DNA from: an uncultured virus (IMG/VR IMGVR_UViG_3300042867_001762)
Taxonomy: Duplodnaviria > Heunggongvirae > Uroviricota > Caudoviricetes
Length of the DNA: 64,000 nt
Strand: one strand, 5' to 3'
Virus record (IMG/VR): IMGVR_UViG_3300042867_001762
How positions within the stretch are numbered: the stretch's first letter is position 1; the number at the start of each line of letters is the position of its first letter. Positions 27,359 to 35,997 of this stretch are shown here, piece after piece. Both the position numbers and the translations under genes were made by a program. The notes under the pieces are model-generated. The model worked only from the letters and a program-made list of their open reading frames with translations, was not told the DNA's origin and did not search any database.

Positions 27359-27637
27359 TTACGCTATCTCCTTGATAAGCAAGACGCATCGCGCCATGTC
27401 GGTGTCGTCTTCTGGATTTGGTTCTAGCTCCAGATGACTAAACCCGTCGTAGTTCCATGAGTACAATTGGCCATCTTTAAAGAGCCCAACTTCACTCCTC
27501 TTGAGTAAACGACTACGGTTGATGGATGTCTGAGTCTCGGTGTGGCTCAGTCCGAAATGTTCGTGAATGATATCACACACTGCATCTGCATCTTGGCTCT
27601 CAAATGCAGCTATCATTTTAACGTGATGCGAATTCAT
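27359..27637 (-). CDS. MKL-family paralog (divergent start)
   Basis: MIAAFESQDADAVCDIIHEHFG...YSWNYDGF. Confidence 0.7.
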   Translation of the reverse strand: MNSHHVKMIAAFESQDADAVCDIIHEHFGLSHTETQTSINRSRLLKRSEVGLFKDGQLYSWNYDGFSHLELEPNPEDDTDMARCVLLIKEIA

Positions 27638-27664
27638 CGCTCAGTTCCTTGGTTGAGGCACTGT

Positions 27665-27762
27665 CTGCCCGCCCCGGAATCGAACCGGGACCGAGGAGAA
27701 TCCCTTGCCGGACTCTTTCAAGGCGGCTCTCCCAGCTACGGCAAGTAGCGCGAGAACGGGCA
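27665..27762 (-). ncRNA. tRNA-like element with non-standard body
   Basis: Acceptor TGCCCGT/GCGGGCA, T-arm CCCGG-TTCGATT-CCGGG; extended D-region hairpin; no clean anticodon arm; no CCA. Confidence 0.55.
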
Positions 27763-27794
27763 TGGGTGGGTGTAAGTTTTGTAAAAGGTTTTTT

Positions 27795-28358
27795 ATGCCA
27801 CGTTACAAAGCACCGCTGCTAGATAGAGAGTGCGTTTATTGCAAGGCGCACTTCAAGGCAAAAGCCAAGGACGTTGCACGCGGCGGTGGCAAGTATTGTT
27901 CCCGCGACTGTCTAGCGTTAGATCGAAAACCAAAGTCCACAGGCGAGCAACCTCCTAATGCTACATGCGCATATTGCGGAGTGGAATTCTTCAGAAAGAA
28001 ATTCTCTGAGGCAAAGAGCGGCTTGAGATTCTGCTGCAAGGATCACAGAGACAAAGGGCAACAGCTAGAGCACGGCATCAAAGCCATATGGCCGGATCAC
28101 TATGGCAAGCACAAAGTTGATGGAACTTATGTAGAGCGGGTCGACCCTGATACCAGAACCAGTTATCGCAAAACCGCAAAGGAATCTCTAGAACCTAAAT
28201 GCAGCAAATGCGGATATGACAAATACCCTGCCATACTACAGGTTCATCATAAAGACAGCAATAGGGACAATAACCATATCTCTAACCTAGAGATGCTATG
28301 TCCGCGCTGCCACTCCATTCACCATCTTGTTGCCGAAAGACAAAATGAACAACTCTAA
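27795..28358 (+). CDS. HNH endonuclease with Zn-finger repeats
   Basis: CxxC/YCSxxC repeats; LQVHHKDSNRDNNHISNLEMLCPRCHSIHH. Confidence 0.9.
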   Translation: MPRYKAPLLDRECVYCKAHFKAKAKDVARGGGKYCSRDCLALDRKPKSTGEQPPNATCAYCGVEFFRKKFSEAKSGLRFCCKDHRDKGQQLEHGIKAIWPDHYGKHKVDGTYVERVDPDTRTSYRKTAKESLEPKCSKCGYDKYPAILQVHHKDSNRDNNHISNLEMLCPRCHSIHHLVAERQNEQL

Positions 28359-28863
28359 TGTAGACCAGGTATGTTTGAACTGCGGCGGCGTATTCTCTGC
28401 CAGAAAAGCAGACGTCAAGCGTGGCCGGGCAAAGTTCTGCTGCCAATCCTGTGGCACAGTATATAGCAACAAGAACAAACCAAAGAAGCTGCTATCTTGC
28501 GCCTGTGCCTGGTGCCAAACTCCGCTACTGCGTAAAGCCCATAAGACGAGCAAGTCCGGCCTCTATTTTTGCTCAATAGAACATCAAGGGCTTTTCAAGC
28601 GCCAGGAGAACGGGCACAGCGAGATATGGCCGGAGCACTATACCGGACAGACCTCTTCGTACAGAGAGGTGGCATTCAGAGTGCAGGACAATAAATGCGC
28701 GGTCTGCGGATACTGCGAGCACAAAGAAGTCTTGCATGTTCATCACATTGATCACGACAGATCAAACAACGCTGTGAGTAACTTGCAAATACTTTGTCCT
28801 AATTGCCACGAGGAACATCACTACTTGACGGGTACCGGAAGATACGGCGGCAAACGCAAGTAA
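28345..28863 (+). CDS. HNH endonuclease with Zn-finger repeats
   Basis: LHVHHIDHDRSNNAVSNLQILCPNCHEEHH; paralog of the upstream gene. Confidence 0.9.
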   Translation: MNNSNVDQVCLNCGGVFSARKADVKRGRAKFCCQSCGTVYSNKNKPKKLLSCACAWCQTPLLRKAHKTSKSGLYFCSIEHQGLFKRQENGHSEIWPEHYTGQTSSYREVAFRVQDNKCAVCGYCEHKEVLHVHHIDHDRSNNAVSNLQILCPNCHEEHHYLTGTGRYGGKRK

Positions 28864-28867
28864 AAAT

Positions 28868-28893
28868 AAAAGCCAGATTTCTCTGGCTTTTTT
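28868..28893. terminator. bidirectional intrinsic terminator
   Basis: AAAAGCCAGA-TTTC-TCTGGCTTTTTT. Confidence 0.75.
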
Positions 28894-28908
28894 ACTAATC
28901 AATATTTG

Positions 28909-28985
28909 TGGACAATCTCGGATTTGCACCGAGCTGAATATCCTGAGTGCAAATCAGGCGACCACCCTCAGCAGTCCCATTGCCC
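28909..28985 (-). tRNA. tRNA-Ala(TGC), atypical T-loop
   Basis: GGGCAAT/ATTGTCC with G3:U70; CCTGA-TTTGCAC-TCAGG; T-loop TGCAAAT; no encoded CCA. Confidence 0.8.
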
Positions 28986-29148
28986 ATATCTATTTCTACA
29001 ACTTCTCGTTACCGATCTACAACCTTCTTTACAACAGATAGAAAAGCTGCCCGTTTTTTACAGACGGGCAAACTGCCTACTCTTTCGTGCCGGTATAAAC
29101 CGTGGTGTTTTTCGTAGGCGCGGATTCCACACTCAACCGCTGATGGTT

Positions 29149-29856
29149 TCACTTTAGGGCAACCTTGCCATACTTGAATCCCTGATCGAGTGCTTCCTGT
29201 ACAGTAAGCTGAAACGAGCCGGTGCTAGTGTCAAACTTCTCGGGATTCTTTGCCTGGATGGGCGACAGCTCGTGAGTGCCTACAATAACGCCCTCAAAAG
29301 GCGTGCCGGGAAAAATCGTCCAGAGAGCAAGAGGATCTTCTTTATTCTGACCAGGCCCAATTATCGCGGTGGTCTGTGACGCCTGCGGCAACTTAGAGGG
29401 GTCCAGAGGAACCTCCACTGAGTAGCCGCCACCTTTAGTGCCATGGGTTCCCTTTGGATCTGAGGCAGTAATAATCATGTCAGGCGGGAGCGTGTTGAGA
29501 CCTATCATTCCTACTGTGCCAGGAATATCTGCGACGTAGCCCTTTGCAGGAGGGATGATGTCTTTGTGCGAGTAGGGCTTCCAGTTGGCAGACTTTAGGC
29601 TACTGGCGCTTTGATCTTCTACAAAGAAAGATCCGAGTCGGTTTGGTGAAGATGGATTGCGCTGATCAAGAATATTCGCAAGATAACCGGATTTTTCTGC
29701 GCCTTCGATAGCTGAGGCAACAAGCTGTTTAGCGTCTGGCTCTGCCGCCGTTTGCTCTAGAACGGCATCAACCTTATCGGCCGCTGCGGTGTTGCCGGCG
29801 GCATCAAGTTCATTTGCAATGGCAACAAGCTCACGAGCAATTTGCGTCTTCTTCAT
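29149..29856 (-). CDS. LDxxG-leader protein
   Basis: IANELDAAGNTAAADKVDAVL; C-terminal globular domain. Confidence 0.75.
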   Translation of the reverse strand: MKKTQIARELVAIANELDAAGNTAAADKVDAVLEQTAAEPDAKQLVASAIEGAEKSGYLANILDQRNPSSPNRLGSFFVEDQSASSLKSANWKPYSHKDIIPPAKGYVADIPGTVGMIGLNTLPPDMIITASDPKGTHGTKGGGYSVEVPLDPSKLPQASQTTAIIGPGQNKEDPLALWTIFPGTPFEGVIVGTHELSPIQAKNPEKFDTSTGSFQLTVQEALDQGFKYGKVALK

Positions 29857-29908
29857 AGGTTCCTTTCAAAAGTGGCTCTTAGAGGCGCCCGATTAAAAGC
29901 GGCAGACC

Positions 29909-30331
29909 TCAAAGCTTCCAGAGAAAATAGGTGCAGCGCCCGGTGGTATTGTAGACTCGCACTTTGAAAGAGCTGGCTTGCGAGACAGTAGCGCGCACAA
30001 GAGGGCTAAGGCGCAGGGAGTCAAGTGCGACAAGATTGGTCCACTTGCTAGTCTCGATCCACATGCCATCATCCTGGGTGCTCCACCTGAGAAAAATAGC
30101 TTGATTCTCTGCGGAGGTGCGCTCAATGAAGTTTACCCAGCCTTGCTGACGGCGTTGCTCGTTCATGCTAGCAATCCGCTTGTTCTCCCATTCCAGCCAA
30201 TGCACAAGGTTCTTGAGGCGGCGCTTGCCAAGGGCGAGCGGCTTCAGATCATTAGCGGCAAAGAAGTTGGTGAGAGCAGCGTCAATAGCGTCAGCGCGCA
30301 CATGCGGAATATTGGAAAGTTTCACAAGCAC
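29909..30331 (-). CDS. hypothetical protein
   Basis: First gene after the motif at 30365, GGAG RBS. Confidence 0.65.
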   Translation of the reverse strand: MLVKLSNIPHVRADAIDAALTNFFAANDLKPLALGKRRLKNLVHWLEWENKRIASMNEQRRQQGWVNFIERTSAENQAIFLRWSTQDDGMWIETSKWTNLVALDSLRLSPLVRATVSQASSFKVRVYNTTGRCTYFLWKL

Positions 30332-30404
30332 TCCGGGGTTAGCGGTGCGGGGCGGTTCGACGGTCAGGATCGGGAGCCGCCGGCTTTAGGGCCGGGGCGC
30401 TCTG

Positions 30405-30674
30405 CTAGCGAATCCAGATGTCTGCTGATGTCCGTTCTACGGGAGAGTGCTGGCGCTCCCAGCAGTGGAGTCCTTTTTCCTCGCACCAAGCATATATCCA
30501 ATGGGGCGAAAAGATCTTTACTTGGAAAGTCTTCACGTAGGACCCGCCGCGCATTACGTCCATCCTATACTCAGGCGGCATGTCTACCCCGTAATGGCGT
30601 GCGAGGGCGGCAACAGCAGCGGACCAATCTTTACGGGATAGCGCTTCTCGAATCTCGTAGTCAGCCAGCTTCAC
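30405..30674 (-). CDS. MKL-family paralog
   Basis: (M)KLADYEIREALSRKDWSAAVAALARHYG...YAWCEEKGL. Confidence 0.8.
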   Translation of the reverse strand: MKLADYEIREALSRKDWSAAVAALARHYGVDMPPEYRMDVMRGGSYVKTFQVKIFSPHWIYAWCEEKGLHCWERQHSPVERTSADIWIR

Positions 30675-30710
30675 GGGCACTCCGGCGGGGTCGTGGGTTT
30701 TGCTGGATGT

Positions 30711-31094
30711 TCAGACAGCAATCAGCTTATACTTACGACCGTCAATCTCTACAACCTTGCCCGCACAAGTGTCTTCCTTGAGCTTTTCAATACCGCTATG
30801 TTGCAGCGCGAAGGCGAAGGCGGCGAGGAAGTAGGGGCGACCTAGGGCAAAGGAGAGGGCGAGATTATCCTTTCCACCAAAATCAAAAACAAAATTATGG
30901 TGTACGTAAAGTCCATTGCCCTCGCGAGAGAAGATATAATCCTGCTTATTGTTCAAAAGAGAATAACCGTATTCCTTGCGAACACGATTTGCCTCACTAA
31001 ACCAAAAGTCATTAAAGATATATTCGACGTACTCTTCCATGTTGTAGAAGGCTTCACGAATAGCAGCATCAGCCTGTTCAATAGTGAGCGACAC
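30711..31094 (-). CDS. hypothetical protein
   Basis: C-terminal CAGKVVEIDGRKYKL tail. Confidence 0.7.
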   Translation of the reverse strand: MSLTIEQADAAIREAFYNMEEYVEYIFNDFWFSEANRVRKEYGYSLLNNKQDYIFSREGNGLYVHHNFVFDFGGKDNLALSFALGRPYFLAAFAFALQHSGIEKLKEDTCAGKVVEIDGRKYKLIAV

Positions 31095-31103
31095 AAATGC
31101 CTT

Positions 31104-31472
31104 TCAATCCGCGTGCCAAAAGATGCGGAGAATTTTGCTATCGGTAGGATCTGTGATCACTAGTGGATCTAGCCCGTCGTTCAGTACATCATTAATGAAA
31201 TGCCGGCAATAGCAATCCTCGGTAAGTAGTTGCGGATCTAATATGTCATCCCACTCGCTGGCCCACGTCAGGTCGTCCGCAGCGAGGCCGGCAAGCGACA
31301 GCCCGTTGTCAGCCATCATTTTCTTTAGGCGGGATTTAGAGGTGCGCTTCCAGAGCCGGGGATTAGATGCCGCAGCAAACGCAGCGGTGTCAGCCGGGTC
31401 AAAGCGGGAGTGAACGTATACGGCAGCGTAGCGAATAATCGTAGGAATAATAGCGGCGGTGCTTAGCTTCAT
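31104..31472 (-). CDS. hypothetical protein
   Basis: NPRLWKRTSK; GAGG RBS. Confidence 0.65.
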   Translation of the reverse strand: MKLSTAAIIPTIIRYAAVYVHSRFDPADTAAFAAASNPRLWKRTSKSRLKKMMADNGLSLAGLAADDLTWASEWDDILDPQLLTEDCYCRHFINDVLNDGLDPLVITDPTDSKILRIFWHAD

Positions 31473-31479
31473 TGCTACC

Positions 31480-31683
31480 TCAATCTACCACTTCGTGCTC
31501 GGTTACGCTAAGTCGTCGCAACCAATTTCTCCAATGATCTGCGTCTACCTGGATCTTGCCGTGCGGATCCAAAGCGGCAAACATCTCGCCAGCGATACGA
31601 CGGGCGGACTCCCTTGAAGAGCAGATCGCACGGACACTGGCTCCTTCATAGTCCGCGCCTTCCTCGACAACCCAAACTTTCAT
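31480..31683 (-). CDS. hypothetical protein
   Basis: MKVWVVEEGADYEG..., similar to MKVYAVMHGCLYEG inside ORF 25059-25406. Confidence 0.6.
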   Translation of the reverse strand: MKVWVVEEGADYEGASVRAICSSRESARRIAGEMFAALDPHGKIQVDADHWRNWLRRLSVTEHEVVD

Positions 31684-31692
31684 GCTCGCTCC

Positions 31693-31908
31693 TTATGCCG
31701 CTTTGATGTCTTGACGAACAGAGTCGAGAGTGCAGTAAATGTGCTGGTAGTGTTGGAGAGCAGCTTCATAGGTCTGCCAGTTATGCCTGTCAGCAATACG
31801 GCAGAAGTCATCGAACCCGCAGCACTCTACAAAGTAATCCCAGCCTCCATTGCTATAGTTGGCAACGGCATGGCTATGTAGGCGCTCATAGATTGTGCGG
31901 TTGTTCAT
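31693..31908 (-). CDS. hypothetical protein
   Basis: HAVANYSNGGWDYFVEC. Confidence 0.65.
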   Translation of the reverse strand: MNNRTIYERLHSHAVANYSNGGWDYFVECCGFDDFCRIADRHNWQTYEAALQHYQHIYCTLDSVRQDIKAA

Positions 31909-31929
31909 TTGCTATTCCTGTGAAATAGA

Positions 31930-31999
31930 AACCGGCAGCAGGGCTCGCACCTGCATCTCCCGCAGACAATGCGGGGCTTTGCTACTAAGCTATGCCGAT
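31930..31999 (-). tRNA. degenerate tRNA-like gene, anticodon ambiguous (TGT or truncated GTC)
   Basis: ATCGGCA/TGCCGGT acceptor, GCTT/AAGC D-stem, CCCGC-ATTGTCT-GCGGG, GCAGG-TGCGAGC-CCTGC; no CCA. Confidence 0.6.
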
Positions 32000-32040
32000 A
32001 AAAAGCGCCCCTTTTTATAGGGAAGGGGCAAACCCCCTGA

Positions 32041-32457
32041 TCACTTCAGCCGAGCAACAACATCGGCCAAGCGATCAGCGAGGCGGTTGACTTCCCCACG
32101 GGCAGCATCAGTACCGGCCTGGGAATCACCGCCCACCTTTACCGAGAGGCGGTCGGCATTTTCCCGGAGGAAAGCCACGCCCTTATCGGTAGCGATGAGA
32201 TCGAGAACAATCCCCACGAAGTGCGGGGCGTAAAGAGTAACCGGGAACTTGGTATTCACTCCAAAGATGGAGATCGCACCCTTCTCCGAAACCTTTGCCG
32301 AGTAGCCACGAGACGCTGCCTTGGCAGCCTCAGCGGCATCAGCACGGGCCTTTTCAGCGGCTACCGCAGCCTCAGCAGCCTGCAAACGTCGCAGGAGATC
32401 CGCAACATCGGCATTGGCGTTATTGGCAACAGCGACCGTATTCGTCTTGACGAGCAT
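32041..32457 (-). CDS. SEKGA-family protein, copy 1
   Basis: Ala-rich coil + KVSEKGAISIFGVNTKFPVTLYAPH. Confidence 0.8.
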   Translation of the reverse strand: MLVKTNTVAVANNANADVADLLRRLQAAEAAVAAEKARADAAEAAKAASRGYSAKVSEKGAISIFGVNTKFPVTLYAPHFVGIVLDLIATDKGVAFLRENADRLSVKVGGDSQAGTDAARGEVNRLADRLADVVARLK

Positions 32458-32621
32458 GTGCTCTTCCTTTTCTGATGGACATTCGCCTAGCCCCTAACCA
32501 TTAGGGGTTTTGGTTCCTGTCTCTCCGCCACTTGCATTTACCGGAGGCGGCGACCGGCTCGACCTACAGGATCGGGCGGCACCGGCTTTAGGGCCGGCCC
32601 GACCTGTCAGTAAGTTGTATA

Positions 32622-32915
32622 TCATGAGTTCTTGAGCTTGTACTTGCTCCAAACCGTAGCGCTTACGATCTTTACTCTGCTGTAATCCCGGTCAGTGTTC
32701 CAGTCAGGCGCAGGAAAATAAAAATTACCTTCATACCATTCATAGGGATCTGAGCCAACCCAAGCCCTAATGCCGTAGCCTATATCATGTTCGGTCTGTA
32801 TGATGAGCTGCACACCTGGTAAGTTTATGCCGAAATGTTGCAGCAGCAGGCGCACCGCTTCTTCGTACTGGCCTTCGTAGATGGCGCTTTGCAGTACATA
32901 GGATTCCAGCTTCAT
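32622..32915 (-). CDS. MKL-family paralog
   Basis: MKLESYVLQSAIYEGQYEEAVRLLLQHFG; close relative of 33830-34117. Confidence 0.8.
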   Translation of the reverse strand: MKLESYVLQSAIYEGQYEEAVRLLLQHFGINLPGVQLIIQTEHDIGYGIRAWVGSDPYEWYEGNFYFPAPDWNTDRDYSRVKIVSATVWSKYKLKNS

Positions 32916-32996
32916 ATATTCCTAATCCTCGGGCTGCTATGCGGACTGCTTGCTCGTACTACTTAGAGAGGATCAGCTCATCAAGAAAGTAGGGCA

Positions 32997-33401
32997 TTAT
33001 CCTTTGCTGCCCGGCCCGGTACGGCGCTTCTTGCCATTACGGTACCAAAGCTGAGTGCCATCCGGATAAACGGCAGCAGGCCCGCCATCCCGATGAATCT
33101 CGCCATTCCGGTACCAAAGCTGACTACCATCTGGATACAATACAGCGGGACCTTTATCCCGGTGAAGCTCACCATTCTGGTACCAATATTGACTACCATC
33201 AGGGCATATAATAGCAGGTCCATCATCACGATGAAGCTTGTTATTTCGGCACCACTCCTGAGTACCATCCGGCTCTATAACAGCAGGCCCATCTTCCCGG
33301 TGAAGCTCACCATTATCATTTAGAAAGACATACTTTCCTTGATAAAACTTTCCACCAGCTTCAAGGATAGAATCTATTGCACCCCAGATATCAAGTTTCA
33401 T
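32997..33401 (-). CDS. HRDDGPA-repeat protein
   Basis: MKLDIWGAIDSILEAGG + four 22-aa repeats. Confidence 0.85.
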   Translation of the reverse strand: MKLDIWGAIDSILEAGGKFYQGKYVFLNDNGELHREDGPAVIEPDGTQEWCRNNKLHRDDGPAIICPDGSQYWYQNGELHRDKGPAVLYPDGSQLWYRNGEIHRDGGPAAVYPDGTQLWYRNGKKRRTGPGSKG

Positions 33402-33652
33402 TTGTCTGCCCGCTGGAGTCGACCATCCAGGTACCAATGTTTTTTACCATCTGAATAGACGACAGCCGGGCCGTCTTCCCGGTGAAGCTTATCGTTGCGC
33501 AACCAAAACTGATCGCCATTAGGATATATGACAGCTGGGCCGTCTTCCCGATGATAGTGACCTTTGTCATTTACAAGGCAATACTTATCGATAAAAAACT
33601 TACCACCGGCATCGAGGAGAGAAGATACGGCTTCCCAGGTATCTAGTTTCAC
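33398..33652 (-). CDS. HRDDGPA-repeat protein
   Basis: (M)KLDTWEAVSSLLDAGG + two repeats. Confidence 0.85.
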   Translation of the reverse strand: MKLDTWEAVSSLLDAGGKFFIDKYCLVNDKGHYHREDGPAVIYPNGDQFWLRNDKLHREDGPAVVYSDGKKHWYLDGRLQRADK

Positions 33653-33843
33653 TTGCTGTCCATTTTTGCAAACAACCAAGGGCGGATCATCTGACATATG
33701 CGGCAACTAAGTGGATGCTCGTGTTGCGGATCAGCCCAGTCGGGAATCCTGCCTACGCCATAATGCTCAATCAGAATGGGTAGTATGCGGGAGAAGTCTC
33801 CGCTGTCTACTGCATCCTGTACTGCCCACTCAGAGATTTTCAT
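33649..33843 (-). CDS. MKL-family paralog, short
   Basis: MKISEWAVQDAVDSGDFSRILPILIEHYG. Confidence 0.65.
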   Translation of the reverse strand: MKISEWAVQDAVDSGDFSRILPILIEHYGVGRIPDWADPQHEHPLSCRICQMIRPWLFAKMDSK

Positions 33844-34117
33844 TTTTGCTTCGTATCCATACCGTTGCGATTACTACTTCTGCGCGCAATGGCGTTCCTC
33901 TCACATAAGAGCTTGCAGAGAAAAAGCTACCCTCGTACCATTCAAAGTACTTAGTGCTTACCCATACGTAAATGCCATAACATGAATCGGTTGCTGCCTG
34001 TATGTTCAGCTGTGCATCCGGTAAGTTTATGCCAAAATGTTGCAGCAGACCTCGGACTGCTTCTTCGTGCCGCCCTTCATAGATAGCGTTTTGTAGTACA
34101 TAGGATTCCAGCTTCAT
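33830..34117 (-). CDS. MKL-family paralog
   Basis: MKLESYVLQNAIYEGRHEEAVRGLLQHFG. Confidence 0.8.
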   Translation of the reverse strand: MKLESYVLQNAIYEGRHEEAVRGLLQHFGINLPDAQLNIQAATDSCYGIYVWVSTKYFEWYEGSFFSASSYVRGTPLRAEVVIATVWIRSKNENL

Positions 34118-34371
34118 AGCGGAAACCATATCTGTACTAGCGGGGGATCTTGCACTTGTGGCAGTCGGCTTTTGCGAAAGCCGTGTGCGGCTGTCCAGCC
34201 ATACCACTCCGCATTATAGTAAATCATCTCCATAGTAGGAGATACGCGCCTTATTATTTGCAAATCCCCCGGTACTTCTCCAAGCCGGAAGTAGTGAAAC
34301 AAGACTTGCACGGCCCCTGTATTGTTGCCGGACTCTAGGGCGTGAATGATTGCAGACCGGTCTAGCTTCAT
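34114..34371 (-). CDS. MKL-family paralog
   Basis: MKLDRSAIIHALESGNNTGAVQVLFHYF...YGWTAAHGF. Confidence 0.8.
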   Translation of the reverse strand: MKLDRSAIIHALESGNNTGAVQVLFHYFRLGEVPGDLQIIRRVSPTMEMIYYNAEWYGWTAAHGFRKSRLPQVQDPPLVQIWFPL

Positions 34372-34471
34372 GGTGGCAATACCTTTATCGCTGTGCCTTG
34401 GAACCGCTTGCGGGCAGCCTCTCGAAAGCCCGCAGCAACAATAACAACACCAAGTAATCCAGCAAGCAGCA

Positions 34472-34753
34472 TCATGTCGGCTTCCTCTTCCGCAACCAGA
34501 TTACAGCACGGGTAGCTGGTAGGCTGAAACTAGAAGACAGTCCAGTCCTGAATCCCATGCGCTCGCCCCACTCGTACCAGTGCCCAGCAGTGTAAATAAT
34601 TATATGATCCCCATGAACTTCGCTGGGATTTACTCTTACTTCTGCACCTGTGGGCAGATCACTGAGGTTGAAGTTCGCTAGCAGGGCATTGCATGCGCCT
34701 CGCATATCGTTGGAAGCAAGCCGTTCAGCTACTAAGATAGACTGTAGCTTCAT
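34472..34753 (-). CDS. MKL-family paralog
   Basis: MKLQSILVAERLASNDMRGACNALLANF...YEWGERMGF. Confidence 0.8.
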   Translation of the reverse strand: MKLQSILVAERLASNDMRGACNALLANFNLSDLPTGAEVRVNPSEVHGDHIIIYTAGHWYEWGERMGFRTGLSSSFSLPATRAVIWLRKRKPT

Positions 34754-34820
34754 GAGCCATCCATCCCTGAGATCACTAGAGAAGTAATAAATAAAAAGCG
34801 TTTGCCAATCGGCTGTTTGA

Positions 34821-35381
34821 CTAGTTTAGCTTGGACAAGACCTGCTGTATCTTTGACTGTAGATCTGCAATCGCAACAAGCATTTCGAACTTAGGGCCAC
34901 TAGTGCGGGCATCTACCCGGTCTTTTAGTCCTTGGATTGCTCGGGTGGCTGATCCAAGTAAAGCACGGGCATGATCCCTGTCTTTTGATTCGACTGCCCG
35001 CATAACAGAGTCGCCGATTGCTTCAAGCGCAAGCTGCTCTCCGCTATCGAATGATATATCCATGATCGTTGAAATAGCACTGTCAACGCCTGCATCACCC
35101 AGCATCCTGCCTACGGCAAGGCCGGTGGACAAGGAACGAGCAACAGGATTTGGAATCAGGCTTATCGCATCCTGAATGGCTCCTCCCACATCCTCATCTT
35201 GAATATTCATGGTGAGGCTTGTGCCTTTTTTGAATTTAGATATAACCCGCAGTAAATCCTTTAGCTTTTTTACTTTATTGACCGGAGCAAAATGTGGAAG
35301 GGCTTTGCTGACTACAGAGGTAGCCAGGCCGGTAGCCGTCTCACTATCGGCTTTTTTAAATAACTTAAAGCTGTTACTCAT
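34821..35381 (-). CDS. hypothetical helical protein, possibly related to the LDxxG group
   Basis: GLAVGRMLGDAGVDSAI resembles GWVIGTAINEAGLGDAI in 17792-19195. Confidence 0.6.
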   Translation of the reverse strand: MSNSFKLFKKADSETATGLATSVVSKALPHFAPVNKVKKLKDLLRVISKFKKGTSLTMNIQDEDVGGAIQDAISLIPNPVARSLSTGLAVGRMLGDAGVDSAISTIMDISFDSGEQLALEAIGDSVMRAVESKDRDHARALLGSATRAIQGLKDRVDARTSGPKFEMLVAIADLQSKIQQVLSKLN

Positions 35382-35441
35382 GACAAGTCACTCGAGTATT
35401 CATAGCAAAAGGGGCGGGCGGCGTCTGGTAGCCAGCATATG

Positions 35442-35732
35442 CTATTTCCAAAGAATGATGCTTTCTATGCGGCTCGGTGCTACGTCGCTGCCTAGGGAAT
35501 AAGGATGCACGCCCCGGTCAAAGCCGGACTCAGAACTCCACTCATAGAAGTCGTCGCCGCACCAGAATAGCAGGCGTCTTTCTCTTTCAAAAGGCGGCAT
35601 GTTTTTGCCGATTACGGTAATCGGTATTTCTACCGGATCAGGAAAGCCATAGTAGGTCGCAAGCACGCGCACAGCGGTGGCCGTATCTCCGGCCTCCAGC
35701 GCCTCGCGCATAGCATACGACTCTAGCTTCAT
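35442..35732 (-). CDS. MKL-family paralog
   Basis: MKLESYAMREALEAGDTATAVRVLATYYG...YEWSSESGF. Confidence 0.8.
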   Translation of the reverse strand: MKLESYAMREALEAGDTATAVRVLATYYGFPDPVEIPITVIGKNMPPFERERRLLFWCGDDFYEWSSESGFDRGVHPYSLGSDVAPSRIESIILWK

Positions 35733-35995
35733 CTTGGCAACTCTGATATGATTCCGCAATCAAAGATGGAAACAGTAGGACTTGTTCTACTGCCACCACC
35801 ACGGCAATAGATATAGCGGGAGCCATCTTGATAAATAACCACTCGGCCCCAGCGCCAGTTGCCGGGACTAGATGTATCTATAGCCGCCCTCTCTCTTGGG
35901 AGCCGTATGCTTAGGTGCTGCGCAACTAGCGTCACCATGCCGTCATAATCACGGACAGCAAATGCTTCGTCCAGTTGGAGGTCAAGTAGCTTCAT
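35729..35995 (-). CDS. MKL-family paralog
   Basis: MKLLDLQLDEAFAVRDYDGMVTLVAQHL. Confidence 0.75.
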   Translation of the reverse strand: MKLLDLQLDEAFAVRDYDGMVTLVAQHLSIRLPRERAAIDTSSPGNWRWGRVVIYQDGSRYIYCRGGGSRTSPTVSIFDCGIISELPR

Positions 35996-35997
35996 GG

